DNA of 18,288 bases from an uncultured bacterium (GCA_903905325.1 CAIVGA010000060.1:1-18288); one strand, 5' to 3'; shown: positions 8,011-14,108, counted from the first letter of the stretch. A program made the numbers and translations. The notes: generated from the letters alone by a model not told the origin.

Positions 8011-9540
8011 ATGTCATTAAAAGAAGTCGCAGTCTATCTCTCGATCGCGGGAATAGTCGGTGTGGCTGTAGGTTACTACTTGCGTCTAATCATTTCTCTC
8101 GGTAAGAAAGGCTCAATGGAGCTCGAGATAAAAGAAATGCTTTTGACTGCCAAGGAGGAGGCCAAAAAGATAACGGCCGAAGCCGACGCCAAAACCGCCA
8201 AAATCCTTGACGATTCCAGAATAGAGATCAAAGCCAAAGAAGAAAAAATCAACCAAACCGAAGATCGCCTCATCAAAAAGGAGGGTTTTCTTGATAAACG
8301 CCAAGTCGATCTAGACAAGGAAGTCGAACTTATAAAGCAGAAAGTAGTCGAGATCAAGACTATTCGTGAGCAAGCAGACAAACTCGAAGCAGAACGTAAG
8401 TCTGCTTTGGAGAAAGTTGCCAGACTCACAGCCGAAGAAGCCAAGAAAGAAATCATCAAGGTTATAGAGAAGCAAGAAGAAGAAGATTTGCTTGTCAGAA
8501 TGAATAAGATGGAATCTCAGGGTGAAGAAATGCTCGCCAATAAAGCCAAAGACATTCTCGCAATGTCTATTCAGCGTTTGGCTTCATCAGTTGCTTCAGA
8601 TGTCATGTCGACTATTGTCCCAATTCCAAGTGATGATTTGAAAGGTAAAATTATTGGAAAAGAGGGTCGCAACATCAAAGCCTTTGAGCGTATTACTGGT
8701 GTTGAAGTACTCGTCGATGATACTCCAGGTGCAATTACTATTTCATCATTCGATCCAGTACGTCGTCACACCGCTCGTATTGCGCTCGAAGAACTTATAA
8801 AAGATGGCCGTATTCAGCCATCTCGTATTGAACAGGTCGTAGAAAAAGCCAAGCTTGATATAAATAAAACCATCAAAGAAAAAGGTGAGGCTGCCGCTTA
8901 TGAATGTGGCATTATCGGACTCGATCCACGCATACTTCTCATTCTCGGACGCCTTCATTTCCGTACAAGTTATGGTCAGAATGTTCTCCAACACTCTATC
9001 GAGATGTCACATATCGCTGGTATGATAGCGGAAGAGATCGGTGCAAACGTGCAAGTCGCCAAAGCTGGCGCTCTTCTCCACGATCTTGGAAAAGCACTCG
9101 ACCATGAAGTTGTCGGTACACACGTGGAGATCGGTCGTCGCATATTGCAAAAGTTCGGTGCTTCTGAAGAGATCGTCAAAGCCATGCAGGCTCATCATGA
9201 GGAATATCCTTATGAAACAGTCGAGTCACGTATCGTTCAGACTGCTGACGCTATCTCTGGAGCTCGTCCAGGTGCTCGTCGTGACAATGTAGAGAATTAT
9301 CTCAAACGTCTCGGCGACCTAGAGGCCCTCGCCAACTCATTCCCTGGCATCGATAAGGCCTATGCCCTCCAAGCCGGTCGTGAAATCCGCATATTCGTCA
9401 GACCAGAAGAGCTCGGTGATGTAGAATCCAAGGAATTGGCACGTAATATTGCTCTCAAGATTGAAAAAGATCTCAAATATCCAGGTGAAATTAAGGTTAT
9501 TGTTATTAGAGAAACGAGGACGATGGAGTTCGCCAGATAA
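8011..9540 (+). CDS. rny: Ribonuclease Y
   Basis: 509 aa. N-terminal TM helix, K/E-rich coiled coil, KH motif GKIIGKEGRNIKAFE, and HD domain LLHDLGKALDHE...HHEEY. Confidence 0.95.
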   Translation: MSLKEVAVYLSIAGIVGVAVGYYLRLIISLGKKGSMELEIKEMLLTAKEEAKKITAEADAKTAKILDDSRIEIKAKEEKINQTEDRLIKKEGFLDKRQVDLDKEVELIKQKVVEIKTIREQADKLEAERKSALEKVARLTAEEAKKEIIKVIEKQEEEDLLVRMNKMESQGEEMLANKAKDILAMSIQRLASSVASDVMSTIVPIPSDDLKGKIIGKEGRNIKAFERITGVEVLVDDTPGAITISSFDPVRRHTARIALEELIKDGRIQPSRIEQVVEKAKLDINKTIKEKGEAAAYECGIIGLDPRILLILGRLHFRTSYGQNVLQHSIEMSHIAGMIAEEIGANVQVAKAGALLHDLGKALDHEVVGTHVEIGRRILQKFGASEEIVKAMQAHHEEYPYETVESRIVQTADAISGARPGARRDNVENYLKRLGDLEALANSFPGIDKAYALQAGREIRIFVRPEELGDVESKELARNIALKIEKDLKYPGEIKVIVIRETRTMEFAR

Positions 9541-9599
9541 GATGGAGTTTGCACGCTAGTCGTACGATTTTTTCGTACAAATCAAGAAAGGCCGCGTTT

Positions 9600-10433
9600 T
9601 TACTTAATTCGCGGTTTTTCTTTTGGTAAGTAATTCCCTTTATTTACAACTTTCTTACCACTCACCTTCTCTAAATCTTTTCTAGTCCTTCCTGCGACAG
9701 CACCACCGTCTTTTGCATCTTTTTGCAATGCTGGCGTTCCAACAGAGTCACGACTTTGTGTAATATTCGTCGTCGCAGCTTCTCCAAGCATAGACAATAT
9801 AAGTTCAACATCATTCATGTGATCACGAAGATTATTTTCTCTGTCAAAATCTTTGAAATTCTTATACTCCTGTGCTGACATCTCAAAGGTTCCTTTGTAA
9901 ATCTCGTCAGTCAGAATAGCAAACTCCGAACTAGCTCTAACGCCACGATTTTTCCACTCATCTGTCAGAGTATTACGAACATTGATGCCACGCATCCTCT
10001 TATCAATCCAGCTTTTGGGATATCCTTTCTTCTCATATATAGCTTTTGCACGATTGACGGCCAACTCTGGATCTTGAATCTCATCTATGCGGTCCTTTCC
10101 GAGTTGAGCCAGCCAGAGCTTCAACGGTTCTGCTTTAGGAGAAGGGATAGATTGGATAATTCTGAAAATACCAGCCAAATCGGTACAACTCATCTTCTGA
10201 CGACCTCCTTTGGTAGTCACGTCAAGGGTATGTACAATTTGTACCCACCCTTTGTTAAGCATATCATCACGTTCTCTCATTCTATTAAGATATTGCTTAG
10301 GATCATTAGAATTCGTAAGGGCATAAACCACATCTTCAACCACAAAGAATACCCTTCCATCATGCCAAGCACGTCGAAACTCTTGCGTTCCAAAAAGTGT
10401 CATAGCTTTTGTATATAGATTTTCTTCATCCAT
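9600..10433 (-). CDS. Bro-N domain / DinD-like (DNA-damage-inducible protein D family) protein, phage-associated type
   Basis: N-terminal Bro-N-like LFGTQEFRRAWHDGRVFFVVEDVVYAL. The C-terminal half resembles my recollection of E. coli DinD (LRDHMNDVELILSMLGEAATT..AGRTRKDLE). The ATG at 10433 is preferred over the TTG at 10454. GAGGAG and TATAAT lie upstream. Confidence 0.75.
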   Translation of the reverse strand: MDEENLYTKAMTLFGTQEFRRAWHDGRVFFVVEDVVYALTNSNDPKQYLNRMRERDDMLNKGWVQIVHTLDVTTKGGRQKMSCTDLAGIFRIIQSIPSPKAEPLKLWLAQLGKDRIDEIQDPELAVNRAKAIYEKKGYPKSWIDKRMRGINVRNTLTDEWKNRGVRASSEFAILTDEIYKGTFEMSAQEYKNFKDFDRENNLRDHMNDVELILSMLGEAATTNITQSRDSVGTPALQKDAKDGGAVAGRTRKDLEKVSGKKVVNKGNYLPKEKPRIK

Positions 10434-10606
10434 GAACGCAATTATACTCCTCAAAAAAATCCTGGGAACTTCCGCGTGTCAAAATTTTATTTCGTGGTGA
10501 GAAATTTGTCTACAAAAATTTGCTTAAAGTTTGTGGGGTAAAAGAAAAGCCCCACACAATTTCTTATGTGAGGCCGAGATTTAAGCATAATCTCGAAAGC
10601 GTTAGA

Positions 10607-11236
10607 CTATAACTCTCTGCCGTAAGACATTGCTTTCACTTCTGTCTTCAAGATATTTCTAAGGATTTGGAGGGGACTCTCCCCAGATTGGCGCTTAAAG
10701 ACAAGCCACTGCGCTTTGTCCCTGTATTCCCATCGGTGCGTAACACTCGCCCTGGTAGCAAGAAACTCTTGCAATTCCTTGACTCGTCTAATGCAGGCTG
10801 AGCAGTTGTTACATTCGAATAGTGTTACCTGGAGACGAATGTGACTTGGTCTATACACAAGTTGTCGATCACGTGTCCAACCACTTATATGCACTGTTGT
10901 GGCAGAACTTTCCAATAACTGTTTTGGTGTGTTGATTCTGACGATATCATATATTCCACTTCTCATCTTCCCAAGAGCTTCATCAAAATCTTTTGGCCAT
11001 AAAGCTCGGATTTCCTTTTGACTTACCTTTTTAGGTTTTTGGAATGCTGCGAATCTAATGCGGAAACACCCCAGATCTGGAACCGTTATCTGCGTCTCGT
11101 GATACATAGATTTCATACCACGAGGACGATATTCTCCTGTGCCAGACATAATTTTTGCCAGATCTTTACCAACAAAATATATGTCGTCAAGATTATCATC
11201 CTCACACTTGAATTTAACGAATGCCAATTTTTTCAT
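10607..11236 (-). CDS. Hypothetical protein (209 aa), unknown family; CxxCxxC and two H-x-T/S motifs
   Basis: Long ORF. The ATG at 11236 is preceded by AGGA, and the GTG at 11272 is less likely. Contains CNNCSAC, YHETQ and VHISG. No family recognised by eye. Confidence 0.6.
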   Translation of the reverse strand: MKKLAFVKFKCEDDNLDDIYFVGKDLAKIMSGTGEYRPRGMKSMYHETQITVPDLGCFRIRFAAFQKPKKVSQKEIRALWPKDFDEALGKMRSGIYDIVRINTPKQLLESSATTVHISGWTRDRQLVYRPSHIRLQVTLFECNNCSACIRRVKELQEFLATRASVTHRWEYRDKAQWLVFKRQSGESPLQILRNILKTEVKAMSYGREL

Positions 11237-11307
11237 GCGATTATCCTGTACTGGTGTATTGTTTGAGTACACCTACTTAAAACTCATATTTTTGTCAAAG
11301 AACTTCT

Positions 11308-11356
11308 CTGTTTCGCTCTTTTGAGCTCATCAGCCGAGACGCATATCTCGGGACAG
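11308..11356 (-). ncRNA. Type III hammerhead ribozyme, copy 1
   Basis: Minus strand: CUGUC|CCGAGA-uaugcg-UCUCGG-CUGAUGA-GCUC-aaaa-GAGC-GAA-ACAG. All conserved core nucleotides are present, with a GUC cleavage triplet. Stem I differs from copies 2 and 3 by compensatory changes. Confidence 0.85.
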
Positions 11357-11367
11357 TTTTTTATGTC

Positions 11368-11736
11368 TTAGATTTCTCTTTCTTTTATCTGTAGGAGGTG
11401 TAGGTGGAAGTGTCCAGGGATTGATTTCTGTTTGTGTGTGTTTTCAAGAATCATGTCGTATTTGTCGTTAATGTCTTTTTTAATTTCTTTAAATTCCCTT
11501 AATTCTTCTTCTGTGAGGTCATCCTCTATTGTGTGTCTTAGCGGCACTATCATGTCGTTCTTTGTATCTACCTCGTCGTAAGGAAACTCGTTTTCGATTT
11601 TTTTCCACCCTTTGTAAGTTTTTATTGGCTTCGCTGTGCAAATGTAGCAAGTTGGAAACTTTGGAGTTTTTTGGTATTTTTCGTAGTTTGTATGCGTTTC
11701 CAGAGTTCTTAGTGTTTTAACTTTTTGTGTAGTCAT
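11368..11736 (-). CDS. HIT (histidine triad) family nucleotide hydrolase/transferase-like protein
   Basis: 122 aa. N-terminal CYIC (compare the Hint CxxC), MIVPLRH (compare H.LviPkrH), and C-terminal triad SIPGHFHLHLLQ (HxHxHxx). AT-rich codon usage like the host. Confidence 0.6.
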   Translation of the reverse strand: MTTQKVKTLRTLETHTNYEKYQKTPKFPTCYICTAKPIKTYKGWKKIENEFPYDEVDTKNDMIVPLRHTIEDDLTEEELREFKEIKKDINDKYDMILENTHKQKSIPGHFHLHLLQIKEREI

Positions 11737-11783
11737 TTTTATTTGCCTTATTTGTTTTGATAATTTTTCGACCTTTATTTTTA

Positions 11784-11832
11784 CTGTTTCGCTCTTTTGA
11801 GCTCTTCAGGCAGGATCCACATCCTGCGACAG
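11784..11832 (-). ncRNA. Type III hammerhead ribozyme, copy 2
   Basis: Minus strand: CUGUC|GCAGGA-ugugga-UCCUGC-CUGAAGA-GCUC-aaaa-GAGC-GAA-ACAG. The only core difference is at the unconstrained N7 position (A instead of U). Confidence 0.85.
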
Positions 11833-11877
11833 AAGGGGTTTGGAGTAGAACCAAACCCCACCATTCAGCGTCACCTC

Positions 11878-12258
11878 CTAGAGTTCCCTGATTCGGACTC
11901 CCTTGCGCGGACCGATCCAGACTTCGAATTGCCTGTCTTCGAATCTGCCTCCAGTGCCATACCCAGGCTCACTCAAGTCGTGTTTCTTGAGCAGGCCACG
12001 CGCCCAAGCTTTCCGGCGAATGAGGAACTGGATCCTTCGATCTTCCCTGGAATCTGAGCCGATCTCGGTCCCCGTGTTTGCCCGCTCATACACACTCACC
12101 ATCGAGCAAACTTCTGCTGGTGCAGTGCGGTCGTTTCCTGGTATCGACACACGTGGTTGGATCTCGGGACCCTCCACCCTCCGGAAGACTTCAGAAAGTT
12201 GCTCTTTGGTGATTCTGCGAATCCACTGGTGACTTGTTTGTTTGTTGCGTGCGCTCAT
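11878..12258 (-). CDS. Doubtful ORF: 126-aa highly basic hypothetical protein, or a spurious ORF inside a GC-rich structured RNA
   Basis: ATG start preceded by AAGAAGG. First codon positions are purine-rich. However, the region is GC-rich with long ORFs in several frames on both strands and several strong hairpins. Confidence 0.3.
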   Translation of the reverse strand: MSARNKQTSHQWIRRITKEQLSEVFRRVEGPEIQPRVSIPGNDRTAPAEVCSMVSVYERANTGTEIGSDSREDRRIQFLIRRKAWARGLLKKHDLSEPGYGTGGRFEDRQFEVWIGPRKGVRIREL

Positions 12259-12323
12259 TTGTGCCTTCTTTCTGCCCCTTCCGGAGCGGTTGTTGGTTTG
12301 TTGGCTCGTTTCAAAGATCTATT

Positions 12324-12372
12324 CTGTTTCGCTCTTTTGAGCTCATCAGGCAGGACTCATATCCTGCGACAG
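12324..12372 (-). ncRNA. Type III hammerhead ribozyme, copy 3
   Basis: Minus strand: CUGUC|GCAGGA-uaugag-UCCUGC-CUGAUGA-GCUC-aaaa-GAGC-GAA-ACAG. Stem III can extend to 5 bp (UCUGU/ACAGA). Confidence 0.85.
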
Positions 12373-12600
12373 AGTGGGTGGACCCAGTGTGCTGTTTTCG
12401 CACCTGAGTCCAACCCACCTTTATCCAGACTTAGCTCGATCTAACCCAGTAGATCGATTCTCATCTGGTTCTCGGTTGCGTTGCCGAGGGGAGACCCGTA
12501 TCAGGGTTTACTCCCTTACGCCCAGCTGCTTCATGCAGCCCTGCGTTTCTAATGCACTCGTTTGCTAGTCGAGTGTTGTTTTCAAAGTCTTTCTTTCTCT
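12373..12600 (-). ncRNA. GC-rich structured leader RNA of unknown class upstream (5') of hammerhead copy 3
   Basis: Six back-to-back hairpins at 12374-12418, 12425-12468 (with nested 7-bp TCGATCT/AGATCGA), 12471-12488, 12489-12515, 12525-12539 and 12555-12575. About 60% GC on a hand-counted 60-nt sample. Strand is assigned only by adjacency to the hammerheads. Confidence 0.4.
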
Positions 12601-12794
12601 TCGTCTTTGGTCCGTTGAACAATATATATGAATAATCTTGACAATGCTGGTCAGACATGGTCTTTTTGTAATCAATTAAATAAAATTTGGCTCAAATACC
12701 TAAGCAGAGCCACATTCTTCGTGGTCTTAACTGTAACTTATAGTTACATATTTTATGTTTCAAAGCACAAAATACTCAATACGAGCCCAAATAC

Positions 12795-12823
12795 TTGCTT
12801 TAAACGCACCATAACTGTATATT
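12795..12823 (+). promoter_or_regulatory. Candidate promoter for the TrmB-like gene (TTGCTT-N17-TATATT)
   Basis: TTGCTT 12795-12800, 17-nt spacer, TATATT 12818-12823. An alternative leaderless-type -10 box, TAGAAT at 12851-12856, lies 6 nt before the ATG. Confidence 0.4.
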
Positions 12824-12862
12824 ACTAGTGTACAAATTATTACACTTCAATAGAATAAATAT

Positions 12863-13591
12863 ATGGATAAAAACAAGGTTTTAGAGAAAATTGGCCTAAC
12901 AAAAAACGAAAGCGCTATATATTTGGCCCTCGTAGAGCTTGGTCCATCAAACATATCCAAGATTTCACAGAAAACCGCCATACATAGACCACTCATTTAT
13001 AAAGCACTTCCTTCCCTACTAGAAAAGAAGCTCATTACACAGAATCATCGTCAAAACAGAATGATCTACATGGCTGAACCACCAAACAGGCTTGAGGCAA
13101 TCTTTGATGATTTAAAAATTGACCTATTCGAGATTCTGCCAGATCTTGAAGACTCATATTCAAGCAATGAGCAGAAACCAAAAGTCAGGTTTCTTGAAGG
13201 CAAAGACGGAACAAAGAGAATATTTGATGACATTGTAAGAAGTCTCAAAAAGGGAGATGTATTTTATAGATATAGCTCAAACCGTGATGGCCAAGAGAAA
13301 AAAGACAAGTATGTACCACGTGGATACAGGAAAATGCGTGATGCTAAACAACTTCAGAGAGAGGTCATAACAAATGAACAAACTTCAAAGCATAAAATCC
13401 AGAAGCTAGACCGCTTTGTTAAGACAATGCCGGGAGATTTCGGACCTTTTGAGCACAACGTGACTGAGGTCATATATGGAAACAAGGTGGCTTTCATCGA
13501 CTACAACTCGGAAACTGCTATGGTTATAGAGAGTAAGAGAATAGCAGAGTTTCAAAAACACATTTTCAAGATGTTTTATAAGAAATTATAG
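12863..13591 (+). CDS. TrmB-family winged-helix transcriptional regulator
   Basis: The N-terminus LGLTKNESAIYLALVELGPSNISKISQKTAIHRPLIYKALPSLLEKKLI matches the TrmB-type wHTH pattern. 242 aa. Confidence 0.8.
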   Translation: MDKNKVLEKIGLTKNESAIYLALVELGPSNISKISQKTAIHRPLIYKALPSLLEKKLITQNHRQNRMIYMAEPPNRLEAIFDDLKIDLFEILPDLEDSYSSNEQKPKVRFLEGKDGTKRIFDDIVRSLKKGDVFYRYSSNRDGQEKKDKYVPRGYRKMRDAKQLQREVITNEQTSKHKIQKLDRFVKTMPGDFGPFEHNVTEVIYGNKVAFIDYNSETAMVIESKRIAEFQKHIFKMFYKKL

Positions 13592-13670
13592 TGTACCTGA
13601 ACATAAATTACCCATTTTTAGCTCTAATTCCCCCATCCACAGCTTATCCCACCCTCATATTTCACCCCTA

Positions 13671-13698
13671 TTGCCTAAAATATGGCTTAATATATAAT
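13671..13698 (+). promoter_or_regulatory. Sigma70-like promoter for hup (TTGCCT-N16-TATAAT)
   Basis: TTGCCT 13671-13676, 16-nt spacer, TATAAT 13693-13698. About 55 nt upstream of the hup ATG. Confidence 0.5.
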
Positions 13699-13753
13699 GT
13701 ACCTTACAGATCGATTATATTATTAGCCATTAATAGAACTAATCAAAAATACT

Positions 13754-14026
13754 ATGAACAAAGCAGCTATCGCAGAAGCAGTTCACGGAATCCTCGGAGG
13801 AACAAAGGTTCAGGCCGAGCAAGCCGTTGAGACAATGATCAACAGCATCATTGATTCTCTCAAGAAGGGTGAAGAGGTCTCTATTGCAGGTCTCGGTATC
13901 TTCTCAGTCAAGCAGCGTGCAGCTCGTCAGGCACGTAATCCTCGCACAGGCGAGTCTATCAACGTCCCAGCTATGAAGGTTCCAAAGTTCCGCGCCGCAA
14001 AGGCCTTGAAGGACGCAGTTAAATAA
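13754..14026 (+). CDS. hup: Nucleoid-associated DNA-binding protein HU
   Basis: 90 aa. MNKAAIAEAV..., beta-arm GLGIFSVKQRAARQARNPRTGESINVPAMKVPKFRAAKALKDAV. Confidence 0.95.
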   Translation: MNKAAIAEAVHGILGGTKVQAEQAVETMINSIIDSLKKGEEVSIAGLGIFSVKQRAARQARNPRTGESINVPAMKVPKFRAAKALKDAVK

Positions 14027-14045
14027 ATCGGTTCCCTTTTTGGAA

Positions 14046-14078
14046 AACAAAAGGCCTCCTTAATGGAGGTTTTTTGTT
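14046..14078 (+). terminator. Intrinsic terminator after hup
   Basis: CCTCC (14055-14059) pairs with GGAGG (14065-14069), extended by G-U and A-T pairs, and is followed by TTTTTT at 14070-14075. Confidence 0.6.
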
Positions 14079-14108
14079 ATAATACCCGCACCCCCAAGAT
14101 CGACATCC

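Noticed and set aside
8584-8590. CTGATGA core-like heptamers elsewhere (minus strand at 8584-8590 in rny; plus strand at 15270-15276 in the kinase gene) as additional hammerheads
   Set aside because: No adjacent stem II hairpin followed by GAAA, and no stem I or III partners. Both lie inside well-supported coding sequence.
8076-9554. Antisense and off-frame ORFs within rny (for example 8076..8459 minus, 8746..8994 minus, 9041..9292 plus)
   Set aside because: They overlap the well-supported RNase Y frame. The Ser/Leu-rich translations are typical of the antisense of K/E-rich coiled-coil coding sequence.
9562-9578. GTACGA-ttttt-TCGTAC hairpin between convergent rny and the DinD-like gene as a terminator
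   Set aside because: It has only a 6-bp AT-containing stem and no T-run on either strand. It is too weak to call.
10520-10555. TGTGGGG...CCCCACA hairpin between the 209-aa gene and the DinD-like gene as an intrinsic terminator or fourth ribozyme
   Set aside because: The 7-bp stem is real, but no T-run follows on the minus strand and no ribozyme core motifs are present. It may be a processing or stability hairpin, but that is not supportable as a call.
12003-12010. CCCAAGC on the plus strand as a twister-ribozyme core fragment
   Set aside because: The flanking sequences do not form the required P4 or pseudoknot pairings, and it is on the strand opposite the hammerheads. It is a chance match.
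11308-12372. Three spaced direct repeats as a CRISPR array
   Set aside because: The spacings of 476 and 540 nt are far longer than CRISPR spacers, and the intervening DNA contains genes. The repeats fold into a complete hammerhead core, which explains them fully.
11797-12444. Plus-strand ORFs 11797..12057, 11903..12232 and 12157..12444 in the GC-rich block
   Set aside because: Two of them begin with the same SSSGR(I/T)HILRQ peptide only because they start inside the hammerhead repeat read backwards. They arise from stop-codon paucity in GC-rich sequence, and there is no start context.
11833-12600. Identifying the GC-rich block as rRNA fragment, tmRNA, RNase P RNA, SRP RNA or a group I/II intron
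   Set aside because: I could not find the signature motifs I remember on either strand. These include the RNase P GAGGAAAGUCC, the tmRNA tRNA-like end and tag ORF, the SRP GGAA tetraloop helix, the group II domain V, and 16S/23S universal stretches. This needs a covariance-model scan to settle.
12461-12658. 65-aa minus-strand ORF over the structured leader
   Set aside because: It runs through back-to-back hairpins, has no SD or promoter logic, and gives a low-complexity basic translation. The leader is more likely untranslated.
13591-13830. 79-aa plus-strand ORF overlapping the hup promoter and hup 5' end
   Set aside because: It has a GTG-type start, runs across the hup promoter in a different frame from the well-supported hup gene, and its composition is implausible.
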